Positions 25,271 through 38,800 of a stretch of 64,000 nucleotides of DNA are shown here, in pieces. Where the stretch lies: NCBI GenBank assembly GCA_965649765.1, contig OZ287748.1, positions 34,906,001 to 34,970,000 of the forward strand, in the 5' to 3' direction. A program made the position numbers and the translations under genes. This DNA is from Bispira polyomma. Its lineage: Eukaryota. Each line of letters begins with the position of its first letter. Position 1 is the stretch's first letter. Below the pieces are notes generated by a model. It saw only the letters and a list, made by a program, of their open reading frames with translations, ran no database searches and was not told the DNA's origin.

Positions 25271-27419
25271 ATAAAGCTTTTACAAAAAAGGCTTTGGTGA
25301 ATATGACATTACCTATTTATCTCTTAGTTATATTAGAAAACTAGTACCTAGTTTAGACTCAAAAGTGCTCTGCATTCTAAAATGTCTGTGTTACCTTAAT
25401 AGCCATGATAACAGATTCTGAATCAGTGCTTTCATGTTACAAATCATGGACCTGTAGTAAATCCAAAATTCATTACTGAAACAGCATGTGTTTGCTCAGT
25501 GACTGAACAGATAACCTAATAATTCTCATAGGTCACAAAGTTATTAAATGTAACTACTGGCAAACAATGCTATATTTGTGTAACAATGAAATAATTACCA
25601 CTAAATGTCTTAAAATGACATTAAATGTTTATTGATGAAGGAAACATTGGTGGATATTGTTGACGTCCCAGTGCCAATTAATGTTAGCCCAGTAGTACGA
25701 TTTTAACCTATATTAACTATTAACCTTATAGAAACTGCTTAGTATTAGCATAAGACCATGTGACCTGATTAAGGCAGACCACTTCCAAAAGTCCCACTAA
25801 ATAGACTATAAAAGTATCTCTTGAGTGTAGATATTGTGACCGTTAGACACTGCTGCAAATTAATTGATACAATTAAATGTTAAGGTTTACCAGGTTTGCT
25901 AAGGCTTGCAGCTGACTGTAAACTAATTGGTCTCCTTTGTACACCTACATATTTTATCTCAGATAAAGATGTCCAGTGAGTCAGTCTACAAGTCTTAACA
26001 CACCCACAGGGGTCAGGCTGACATGGAAAATAAACATTTTTGTAAACCCCATAGAAACAAAAAGTTTCAGACCAGCCACCAAGAACCAATTTGTCGTCAA
26101 TGAATGGCATTAATTGTTCCCACTTCTGTGAGACCTTATTTACACAACGGTATACTGTACAGGCCAAATGAAGGTCTGAATTGCTAGATTTATTACTTCT
26201 GAAATCTATGTAAGTATTTTGTGTGGGTAGATTTAGTCAGAAGATGTTTTTAGAGTACAATATAGGGATGATTAAAAAAAAACAGTATATGGATTATATT
26301 CAGTCCATAGTCTATACAATGATGCATTCACTATGCACAGCATATATATTTGTTTTGTTTTATTTTCTCTTTTTGTTGTTTACATTTTTGTTAAGATTTT
26401 AGTTAAGTATGAGTTTAACAGTTTAGATTGGAGAGTAACTGATTATTTTTGCATACTCCCTACAATAGATTTTTAAGGTTTCCATGAAATCCTAAGTGTT
26501 TTTTGAACCAAACAGTTTTTAATAGAATTTGATTCAAATAAGAAATGTTTTTGTAAAATGCAGAGGATGAAACATTTTGTTTAGTACAATTCCATGGCAA
26601 AAGATAGTCTTCTACACAACCCTGTTTTGCCCGTAAAACGTTTCTTTGCAGAAAATGGATGGAAATACAAAACTGCTGACACATCAGTCAGTCCTCATTT
26701 TTCCTGGTATGCTGCTGAACTTTTTGTACTGTTGATGTAATAATTTTCCTCTGAAAGACTGTTTTAGTTTTATACTTTATTTTTTTCTGGTTGAATCATG
26801 AAGATGGTGTAAAACATACACCATGTTTTAATAGAACATGATCGAAGTTTTAATAAAGTTGCTTCAGTATATCTTGTTAACGATTGCCTAAAGGAGAGCG
26901 GATGTTTATGTTAAGTATACTAACTTTTATTTAAACACAAAGCAGTATCACCAAGGTTACTATGTCGAAATACCACATTGACTACCTTGAGATGCACAGT
27001 CGTTATGGTTATTCATAAAAGTGTCATAAAAGTGTCATAACATAAAAACCACAAATTCACAAAATTAGATCACACATTCTTTCAACACAATGAAAAACAC
27101 TGACATGAGCAAAAGATGCCATTTTGAATAAAATGACACTCAGGACTTCGAGTACAACTGCTTGCATTGATATAATGATGAACATTAGCTAATAACGATT
27201 AGGGTGGAACTGGGTTAGAAGCTTCAATCAAGTTTTATGGACAAAAGGCACCCCTTAAGTCCAAAAAAAAATGCCATGCAGCTCAGCCGTTTTGCTAGTT
27301 TACCATCTCACAGTTTGCCCAATTTCCAAGAATTTGTTTCTTTTGAAGTCAGTTAAATAATCTTATACCTATTTTGCTGCTACTGCTATGTCAGTTGCTT
27401 GGGAACTGAATGTATGTGC

Positions 27420-29648
27420 CAGTTCCCTATGTTAGTGGGAGGAAGAAAAATGCTAAATCCTTATGTGAGGTAAATGAACAAGAATGAATAAAGTTCTATT
27501 TGCGTTTTATTTTCTATACATGTTAGTTGGTATGTACAGGTTATAAGGATATTTAAAATATTATAAAATGATATTTTAAAATTGAGCCCAAACCCCAACT
27601 ACAAGGAGGAAGGGACAATGGTGGCAAAAGTGGAAGGAACTATAGCAGCAGTTTGGATGTGGATTGCAAATATGTCCACACTGCGGAACTACGCCAAAGG
27701 TCGTGTAACATAATGTTTTGGAGTGATACATTGTTATTAAAAGCTGCTGTGGCGCCCAATCTGCGAAAGGTATGGAAACCATGGAATGAAGGATCAATTC
27801 CAAGGTGCTGGAGAATTTGTCTGAGTGCAGATCGGACATGAGAATCCACATTGGGTGATGTGGTAGTGTAGCAGAAGTGAATAGAGGGGCAAAGGGGGAA
27901 GAATGTCTAGCCTTCATAAGTGTGCGTAGAGCCTTGACGGGACACATGTGAATAATATGTGATGTACTTCTGTCTTGGAGGTTTTTGGCCCATTTGATGA
28001 TGATATGAGCACCTGGGGAACCAAAAATCACATCTTGTTGTAACAAGTGCCAGGTTGGATCAAATTTGGACCTAGAGTGAGGTGCAATATTGGACATTCT
28101 TAGGAAGCCATAGAATGCGACCAAGAAGATAGATCTATATTAAACAGGATCTGGTAATATTTCACATGCTTGTGATATGAGAGAAATGTGTTTGATGGTA
28201 AAAACCCCTTTTGGTGAAGGTCAAAACTGCGAATTATGTGTGAGGCTTCTAATAAACAGTGAAATAGCATTGTGATGTAATATGTCAGGGAGTATGTTGT
28301 ATTTCTGAGTCATGAACTTTAGGGCTGCCAAAAAATTCTTTACTACTTTTGATGACAAATTGTTCTGTACTAGATATTCCATAAATGCCAGAATGGAATG
28401 AATGGATATTTCTTGAATCTTGACATATTGCAGAAACACAAGAAATGTTCTAAACTGTGAAGTATAGGCTGAGATTGTTGAAGGCCTGAGTGCCGACTGT
28501 AGTCTCTGAATGGCAGCGTTCCCCAGAGAAGAAGATGCTACTGTAGAACCTGAAATTTTTTGAGAATCTAAATTATAATATTGAATGGGAACGTGTCTAC
28601 GTGTGTATTTGTAGAGTGATTGTAATACGTCCTGACTAGGTGGATGGTCAGAATATATACGTCATAAAGCATCAGCCTGTACGTTAGCCTTACCCCTTAT
28701 GTGTTGTATATTTATAGTTATGTCATGTGTGGCACTAATTAGCCAGATGTTTCTAATGCAGGCAGCTAAGAAAGGATCTTTGGTCTTTCTGGTTTGCACG
28801 ACCAGTACAACTGCCATATTATCACAGTTAATGGTAACTTGGTGTTGCTCCCAGTCCTTACCCCAGACCCTTAAGGCTATGACTATGTTAAGCATTTCTA
28901 ACTGAGTGATAGCTAATTTCTGGTTGTAGATGTCCAAGACTGGAGTAAATAAACTTCTTGTTCCCATATAGCACCCATGCCTGTGAGGCATGCATCCAAA
29001 TGAAATTCATCATTTGCCCTTATATTCTGTGGGTTATAGTATGTAATACCATTGTAAGTGGGTAAGAACTGTATAAACCAGTCGAGGTCTCTCTTTATGT
29101 TATCTGTAACCTTAAAACGTTTTGCATTGGGAGCAGCCCTAAATACTGACAGTAGTCTATTCATGAAACACCTTGCAGGCTTCACACATTTGTGAACATA
29201 AAGGAGCTTACCTAAGACTGACTGGAGTCATGTACGTGAGAGCCAGCTTTTAGTACGTGCTTCAATGCATTCTGCATATATCTGTTCTATTTTTTCTTTA
29301 GTAATACTTATTGTATTTGTCTCAATGCTAATGTCTATGCCTAGATATGTAACCTCTGTTGCAAGTGGAGAAATTTTACTTGGATTCATAGGAAGACCTA
29401 AGTCATTCAAAAGGGCACACAATTTTTGGAAACCTTCATCTGCTTTGTCTCTAGGACAAGCGCATAGGTAGTCATCTATATAACAATGTAGAGTGTAGCC
29501 TAATGTTTTCATGTGGTCAGCTATGATGTCAGAGCAGCGCTGGAAAGCCGCACTTCCGTGAGCCCAGCCAAACGCTACCGCACCGTCCAAGTAATATTTG
29601 TCTTTCCACTTAATGCCAAATTTTAGTGCGTCCACAGGGTCGACGCGT
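27420..29648 (-). mobile_element. 5'-truncated, decayed YR retrotransposon (second family): RT C-half/RNase H at 28552-29648 and YR at 27599-28549
   Basis: YIDD, HLDACLTG, ITQLEMLNIVIAL, HIRGKANVQADAL; YR motifs FLRMSNIAP, HTFRRLGA and LWRSSAVWTY. Multiple frameshifts. Abuts an L2 fragment at about 29650. Confidence 0.93.
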
Positions 29649-29649
29649 A

Positions 29650-30560
29650 TTGATTAGAGCTTCCAGCTTTTAATACTATTGACCATGGTTTGCTATTTGA
29701 CACCCTAAAACAGTACTTTGGACTAAATGACAGCTTCCTTGATTGGATTACATCCTATCTCAAATTCAAAGTGGATGATCACTTCTAATCCTCTTTCAAC
29801 CTACAATACGGAGTGCCTCAGGGATAGATCCTAGGACCTCTACTTTTAACCCTCTACACACATCCCCCCAGTATAGATCAATAATCACAATGTTAAACAC
29901 CATATTAGCATTCAAATCTATGTTGTTCTCAATCCCCAAATTGCCAACAAAAATCTTGGTATACTTGCTGACTGTCTTTCCAGGCTTAAATGAATTACTC
30001 CAAACTGATATTAAATCCTGACAAAACTGAATACATTCTCAGTGGTAGCAAAAATCCCAGAGCATTATTCCCCATTACAATACTGGGCAATGATATACAT
30101 CATTCTGTTGATATTGATACGCACATTATCAACAATTGTCACTTCTGTTTCTTAAACGTTCATTATATCAAAAGAATAACTTGTTCTGGATACTGCCTAT
30201 ACTGTGGCTAACTCTCTGGTGAGAAGTCATCTCGACTACTGCAATTTCCTTCTGTTTGGGGTAAAAAAGTCTCATTTATGCTAGTTACAGTCTATTCAAA
30301 ACTATTTATATAGAGCCATTGGTTAATTGCGTATTCGTACTGATGTCTCTCCATACCTCAGACGCTACAATGGCCTCCTATTTACTATCAGATTTTGTTT
30401 GAATTCTATGTAACCACTTTCAAAGCTCCCAACAGCCCTCCTACCTCACTACTCATCTTCCCTTCAGAAACTTTAAGAGGGGCAAGTGATTTTTTGTTTT
30501 CTAAGAAAACCCGGTTATTTGGCTTCCATATGTTATGGAACAGTCTTCCAGTTTAAATCA
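29650..30560 (+). mobile_element. Decayed L2/CR1-group LINE RT fragment
   Basis: FNTIDH..L..L..YFG, YGVPQG.ILGPLL, LILNPDKTEYIL and SHLDYCNFLLFG motifs with many indels. Confidence 0.85.
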
Positions 30561-31577
30561 CTAGGAACCCCTTCTGGTTTTAGATGGTTGACATATTACA
30601 TTTGATTTAGTAATAAATTGTAGAAGTAATAAATCAACAAACTAAATACTTTCAACAATATAACCTGTCTCCAGCACAAATAAAAATATGTATTACTAAG
30701 CGGAATAATTTAATAAGAATGTGTTTGTTAACAGTTATGGCTCGTATATCCTTGTATACCTACTACATTGCTTCATTAGGTGAAAATGAGGCCAACATTT
30801 TGATGTTAAGTTTACTTTAAATTTCTCTTTAAGTTTAGACTTAGAATTCAAAATTCAAAATGCTAACCTTAAACTAAAAATTTTCTTTATATTTAGACTT
30901 AATTTCAGAATTAGGTATACTTACTTAACTTAGTATTAAAGCCTTACTTTATGTAAGGTGACCTTTTGCCCTTTGTATTGCATATCTTAACTGTGTATCG
31001 ATTTTTAATTTATTAATAAACATATTTTACCTGCAAACTCTTGCTATTGTATTTATAACTTTAACTTCAAAATTTACTTAATCTGACTCACGTATAACTG
31101 GTTTGTGGACATAACTGAACATTGAATTACAAAAAGTTAAATGTTTAGACATGAACTGGTTCGTGTGATTATAACAAATGTTAATGTACAAGAAGCTTCT
31201 AAGTGAGTTATCTCTATATGCAACATATGCTTCCTATTATAACATTATCATGTCAATTCCATTGAAAGCAGGCCCTGGTAGGACTGAATAATATTTTGAT
31301 GAAGTTCTATTTTAGGACAACCTAATGGTTATTTGGGGATTCATAACAGTCATGTTTCACTCTTTTTAATAAATAAACAAGAAAGTTCATACCTAATGCA
31401 AAGCTCAAGGGATATAAACGCTTATGGATGCACCATATATATGTCCTGTAATGGTCTGCTGGGATGACATTAAGAAGCTAGCTGAAACAGAGATTATTGT
31501 GACATCACATACTGTTACTGTTGTGTAATCAGTGAGACTGAAGTTAACCACTAGCTTTATTTGGGCAAAAATCTAAA

Positions 31578-32187
31578 TTTGATGTGACTATGTATTTATT
31601 TCAGATACTTAATCACAGACCTAAACTTAGGTCACCGTATGTACATGCAATAAGGATAGATTAAGGTGACACTACATGCTTTAACAACCACAATTACATG
31701 CATAATTTATGCTTACATTAACTAAAGCGTGACACCCTGATTGACTATCTATTAAACTTATCTGCTGAACTAATGATAAGATATGTGACTTGATGTGACT
31801 ATGTATTTATTTCAGATACTTAATCATGAGCCTAATCTTAGGTCACCATATGTACATGCAATAAGGATAGATTAAGGTGACACTACATGCTTTAACAACA
31901 ACAATTATATGCATAATTTATGCTTACATTAACTAAAGCGTGACACCCTGATTGACTATCTATTAAACTTATCTGCATGCTTTAACAACCACAATTATAT
32001 GTATAATCTATGCTTACATTAACTAAAACATGACACCCTGATTGACTATCTATTAAAATTTATCTGCTGAACTAATGATAAGATATGTGATTTGATGTGA
32101 CTATATATTTATTTCAGATACTTAATCAGAGCCCAAACTTAGGTCACCATATGTACATGAATGCTGAACTAATGATAAGATATGTGA
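31578..32187. repeat. Tandem repeat, about 212-bp unit, about 2.5 copies with an internal sub-duplication
   Basis: ttgatgtgactat(g/a)tatttatttcagatacttaatca recurs at about 31580, 31791 and 32092. Confidence 0.85.
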
Positions 32188-34087
32188 GTCTTTGACTAAA
32201 TGTACCTGTTACTATCGGTCACTACTGACCACTAGCCTTATTTGTGCAAAAATGGAAATATGATGTCACAGTGACTGTATTAATATCACTGTATAAAGGA
32301 ATATAGATCACAAGTAATCAGATGTTTAATATAAAATAATAAATTTACTCAGTAATGGTACTTGTATATTTGAATAAAACATTAACATTAACTTATATGC
32401 AGTCTACAACCTAAACTAGTGGTGTTCTTTCTTTAAGACCAAACTAAATATTCCCATTCAAAATATATTCAACTGTTGATAAATCAAATGAAACCATTCC
32501 ATGAGATCTAAACCTTTTCATTTTTATTTAAAATGTACTGCTATAATTTGTCTTTATATGCTATCATATAAATATGTTATACACAAAGATACACCATGGT
32601 CTACTGATTCCCTTTGTCAAATGCAAAGGGCATATGCAGAAACTTGTTTTCAACAAAAGCTAGAGCTTTAACCTTCATTGACATGCTCTCATTTTACATA
32701 ATACACAAAAGATCTAGCCTACTAGTGTACTTTGTCACGTAGTTGTCCTTTGAGATCTTTTGTATATTTCCTTCTCAGAAACACTTTTACTGCAACCTAT
32801 TACTCCACCAAGGAGGTTTAGTTTTCTCCCATATCCGTAAGATTGTTTGTCACCAGGTATGGACTAAAAGTTTAAAATATTTTGGACTTCTCAATCTCAG
32901 AAACACATGTAATGCAACTTTTCTACCAAGCCTGTAAGTTTGCTTGTCTGTAGGATTACACAAAAAAAAAAATTACTGAATCATTTTATATGAAATTGGT
33001 GTGAGATAGGGCATAGACAATATAACAATCTAATATCTATATTTGGGGTCGGATCAGTGTGGGTTTTTCAATTGTTAGTATTGTGGTGCCTTGCCAAAGG
33101 TATACACTCTTCAATGTATCATTCTAGTTTATTACTGCAACAGACTAAACTCTACACAGAACAAATATGTCTTTTAATGGTAAAGAGATTTATGGATGGC
33201 TCATTTTGGACAATCAACACCTTAGACTTTATCAAATCGGTGCTTTATACATCATTCTATTATATTAATAATTTATGATTGTAAATTACTTACACTTATC
33301 AGGCCTAAATAATCAGAAATAACTTTGGAATTGAATTCATTACTTAAAGTCTAGGTCCCACTTTGGGTATCTCCGTATGACGATGAAGCTATGCGAGTTG
33401 AACGGGTTGAAAACACCTAGGTAGTGTCTGGCAGCTTTCAGGGACCACCAATTGAGTCTCTGCTGTGTGGCTGTGGCAGACCGAAGCAACCAGGTGAAAT
33501 TTTAATTTGAAGTAAACTTTCGTGACAGGTCGCTCAGAGCATGGAAGGTCATGGTAGAATTGCCAGGCCAGGGTTAAGTTGACCACACATTGCCATCAAA
33601 AATTACTTAAGCAAAGATAGCCCACATTGTGTCAGCCACTTTTTTTGGCCGCTGCCTGATTAGACCACCTATTATTGCAGAAAGAATAGCTGAATTAGAG
33701 GCGAGTTTAGAGTGTAACTTGCACTCAAGGTGATCACTAAAGTTGTCTTTAAATGGAGTACAACAAGTGTGCGACCATTACTAATGGTAGGTTGCTGTAG
33801 ATTGTCTAGGTCTCAGATGTTATTGGTCAAGGCCGTAAAAGGTTACCAAAAAAATGGTAATTTGCTTGTTGAACAATACACCTTCTTAAGTCTACTAGGA
33901 ACTGTTAATCTTCCGAACATGACTGAAGAGTTTTATAGCTACCCTGCGCCAGAGTGTTAACAACAAAAGGAAATAACTGCGATGGATTGAAATGGCCAGT
34001 TTATTAAACTGACAGACATTATCACTGGTTGTTTATAGTATTTAAATACATAATAAATATATACACACAATATATACATTGGTTTAC

Positions 34088-34905
34088 TGTTACGGTCACG
34101 GGAGCAAGCGTGGTAGGAATTACCGGTTGTTTTTAAGTTGTAACAGGAAAAGACAAAAAGTTTCACTTAACAAATTTATTTAACAATTAAAATAACAATT
34201 ACACAATTACAGATTTACAGTCAACTGAGATACTCTTAATAGTTCATACAATAATACAATAACGAAACCAATCTGACCTGACCACAGTTGTGTCCACGTA
34301 AATAACAATTAGACAAGTTTGTCCACTGTATCCAGCAATCTGTCTTGAGATCTGCTCGGTGCTCACTAACACACAATGCTTGTATCCTGTTATCCGTTCG
34401 GTGTCCACGAACACTAAATGTATACATCCAGAGAATCTTTACAACTAAGCTATCCAGTCCTGGATGCAAACAATGTCCAATATGCAGCAAATCCAATCTC
34501 TGGTAGATCCACAACATTATATGCAGTTCACTTCAATGAGTTCACCACAAAACGTATATAATAATCAGTTTATATCCACAGGAAAAGAAATACAGTGTTT
34601 TACAGTATAGCAGTTCATATAGCACGCCAACTCAATAAACTCCAGTCTGTGGTCAGGCTTTCAACCCTTATATATACTACAGCTAGAGTATGTAAACAAC
34701 AATTGCTAGAAGGTTCCAGAATAAAATGTAAACAGATTAACACAACTCCAATAAAAACAGAAACAAAATAGAACCAGCTTCTAGAAGCTTAGGGGTTTCC
34801 CCAAATCTATAAATAGATCTAGCAAACTCTCGCAGAGTGTAAGAAACATCGGTACTAACTAGACCAGTTCTCCACTAACATACAACAATGTCCTTATATG
34901 AAACA
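34088..34905 (-). mobile_element. Solo LTR (Gypsy-like), copy 1
   Basis: Termini TGTT...AACA. 4-bp TSD ttac at 34084-34087 and 34906-34909. Minus-strand TATATAA at about 34670 and AATAAA at about 34178. Empty site ggtttacactaatgag at about 35901-35916. Confidence 0.8.
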
Positions 34906-34979
34906 TTACACTAATGAGCCTTGTTTATAGTATTTAAATACATAAAAAATATATACACACAATATATACATTGGTTTAC

Positions 34980-35835
34980 TGTTACGGTCACGGGAGCAAG
35001 CGTGGTAGGAATTACCGGTTGCTTTCAAGTTGTAACAGGAAAAGACAAAAAAGTTTCACTTAACAAATTTATTTAACAATTATAATAACAATTACACAAT
35101 TACAGATTTACAGTCAACTGAGATACTTTTAATAGTACATACAATAATACAATAATACAATTACAAAACCAATCTGACCTAACCACAGTCGTGTCCACGT
35201 AAATAACAATTAAACAAGTTTGTCCAATGTATCCAGCAATCTGTCTTGAGATCTGCTCGGTGCTCACTAACACACAATGCTTGTATCCTATTATCCGCTT
35301 GGTGTCCACGAACACTTAATGTATGCATCCAGAGAATCTGCACAACTAAGCTATCCAGTCCAGGATGCAAACAATGTCCAATATGAAGCAAATCCAATCT
35401 CTGGTAGATCCACAACATTATATGCGGTTCACTCCAATGAGTTCACCACAAAACGTATATAATAATCAGTTTATATCCACAGGAAAAGAAATACAGTGTT
35501 TTACAGTATAGCAGTTCATATAGCACGCCAACTCAATAAACTCCAGTCTGTGGTCAGGCTTTCAACCCTTATATATACTACAGCTAGAGTATGTAAACAA
35601 CAATTGCTAGAAGGTTCCAGAATAAAATGTAAACAGATTAACACAACTCCAATAAAAACAGAAACAAAATAGAACCAGCTTCTAGAAGCTTAGGGGTTTC
35701 CCCAAATCTATAAATAGATCTAGCAAACTCTCGCAGAGTGTAAGAAACATCGGTACTAACTAGACCAGTTCTCCACTAACATACAACAATGTCCTATGAC
35801 CAGTTCTCCACTAACATACAACAATGTCCTTATAT
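34980..35835 (-). mobile_element. Solo LTR copy 2 (tandem duplication including flank; end slightly rearranged)
   Basis: Colinear with 34088-34905. Extra short duplication at about 35762-35830. Confidence 0.8.
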
Positions 35836-38800
35836 TACACTAATGAGCCTTGTTTATAGTATTTAAATACATGAAAATATATACACACAATATGTACATT
35901 GGTTTACACTAATGAGTGTATACATTATTGGATATTATTTACATACCTTTATATATAATCTTCCAAACTGCGGTGGTTTATTGAATTTACAAACCTCTGA
36001 CATTATCTGCAATATTCTGCTGGGTACTGGTGTCTCCATATCATCCCAATTGTTTATAACTTGAGTTGAAATATATACTCTGTCATCTTTTAAATACGGC
36101 CATGTTATTGGAATTACACAGGTAAAATGGCCAGTTGGTTCAGTTTAAATATTGCAGCATCATTTGTTGGATGTTTTAATTAAGGTCTTTAATTTTAAGT
36201 TTATCTTGCATTGGATTAATTTTGTGTGAGTTTCAACTCCATTAAAAACATCATAGCCAAAATGCACCAGTTAAAGGGAAGACTGGAGCTATCGATCTTT
36301 GACATAAGTAGGACTGGACTGGCGTTGGTTAAACATAATGTTGACATCTTTATTTGGAAATGTTAACAACAGACATGTTCATATTTAAATATTTACACTT
36401 ATTAAGATTCATGTCAGATTATTATGTCAGATTACATGTGAGTATCTAACCACTGTTGAATCCATGCTCAAATGCTTTACCACTAAAACAACAGAAAACA
36501 AGTATCTTTAATGAGACATATGCTACACTGACACTCATTTGAGATCAAGGCCTACTGCTTGTGGGAATGGAAGCATTCAATTCCCTCTTGAGATTTGATT
36601 TCCGACGTTGTTCTGGTGAAGGTCAACACTGTCACAAGATATTTGACGTTTTAGGGTCTCCTTAGAGGGCTCCATTGTAGTTGATACGGTGTAAAGGATG
36701 ACTTTATGTACACATACACAAAGGTGAGGGTATACTCTGGGGCTACTTGATTACTACTGAGACTTCAAGGATATCTATCTACTCAGAGCGGATTGATTCT
36801 CTGTAATTGGCCAGAGATGGGATTTTACCACCAATACCATTATGTTTGTCAATGTCTAATTTAACATGTTAGATATTCCTTGGGTTTCTATTCATGTAGA
36901 ATTTTTTATCTTTATATTGTATAATGAATTTTGTATAATTGATGAATGATTTAGAAGTAAACAGTCTATATAAATACATATATATACATATTCAAAAACT
37001 GTTTATTCTAAATATACATAGTTCCAACGATCACAGTGTGTGAGATAGATGTGCGTGGAATTATTTAGAATATTTGACCACTGATAAAGTAGTATAAGTA
37101 TATAATAAGAAAACAAGGAATCACCTGCTTAAAACACTGCCACATTTAAAAAATGAAAAAGAAGAGAAAAACTAAAAACATAGCAAGAAACAATGGAAAC
37201 CCAGTTAAGACAGATTAATATGGAAAGAGGCCTAAGAGATCATACATTGAGAGCAGCGGTAACACTCATACTGAAATATTTACATTATCGCCCATCCCGT
37301 ATAGATATACACAATCACTGATTTCATAGTGTAACAACACTTCTAAGAATAACTTTTTTCACTTCTAAATTAAAAAAAGTAATTCTCCACTGCGCTTATG
37401 GTATTTTCTAAAGATGTACAAACAGCCCAAAATTATCTGTTACAATAATTTGTAACTGGGAAATAATTTACTGGGAAGTCTAAGGATTTTTTACTTTTGG
37501 CAACTGTGATGCCTTGACAGAGATATGCACTCTATTGAGTGCATTTTTTAACGTAATTAGCAGTATAATGGAAATATCAAACCAAAATGTATAAATATCA
37601 TCGATAAAACAAAGCTGATGGTCTGGAACAAAATATAGTAATATTACTAGTTTTATTACCAAGCCCATCTGTGGTCGAGTTGATATGACCCATACAATTT
37701 ATTAGTTCAGTGATAAAAGATAAGATTCTTCCGGTGTGAGTGCAGTGCTTGCTGTATGTGTCCAATCTCCAGTACAAGGGAGTAAGGATAGTTATGATGA
37801 TTAACATTATAAAAATATTAAAGTCATATTTTACAACAATGTAAAGATATATTGTGTGTGTTTTTATGGCAGAGCATATACACCATTGGGCTTACAGATA
37901 ATACCTGTCCGGAAAACATTCTTCGGTGATAGATTATTAAAGGCAACAATTGATGCAACTCTGCACATAAAGTTTTGACTTTAAAGTCTTAAGAATCTCT
38001 TTTAATGTCCTGCAAAAACGTTGCTGTCGTATGATAAGTAGTGTAACATAGCAATCTCTTTTTGGGAAATGAGACAAAACTATTTGGCACTACGACATTA
38101 GATTAACATTAAAAAAAACCATATTATGGCGATTTTGAAGAAGATTTTTTTACTTTCCTAAAATAGCTTAATTGTACTCGGATGGAAAATGTTACAGTGA
38201 CTAAAAATAAGGAATGTACTGCTGCGATTTTATTTACTTGGCATTTTTATATACGAATATAGCATCAGTAATATAAGAACAGATTGAAAAACCGCATCAA
38301 CTAGATCATTTTGCAACATCTAGTGAAGCTAGCTATGTATGTCAAACTTGTTTTAGAACCATTAAAAATCTCAGCTTTCTACACTTTTGCTGCATATCAG
38401 AGAGTATAATGTATAGAATTGAATTAGATCTAGAACCTAGGAAGCTATCTTTTGCAATTTTATCCTTGAAATACCCCAAGACCTGCAAAGACATATCTAA
38501 ACATCTAATTAGCAGACAAAACACTAATTGACAGTTAATAGAAATTACCTAATCATTACAGTACTACACTTCCATTACTAGCTTTGTTAACATATCAAAA
38601 TCTGCAAACGGATCCTGTTAAACATTGATTCATTAAAATGAATTATGGGGCACTAAAAACTCTTGATACAACTACAGCAATAATGTGATTTTCACACTTT
38701 AAATATAGACTTTGGTACTAAACGAGAACATTTCCTCATAACAACTTATAAAACACATCATTAACTTGCAAAGCTTCCTTGATGAACTTCCTGTCCCTTC

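Larger units (their letters stand above)
20140..27419. repeat. Paralogous block U1 of a diverged segmental duplication
   Basis: 20140-20620 matches about 49750-50220. 21081-27419 is colinear with about 36627-41082 and 54410-57580, and its distal part with 43270-46130. Confidence 0.85.
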
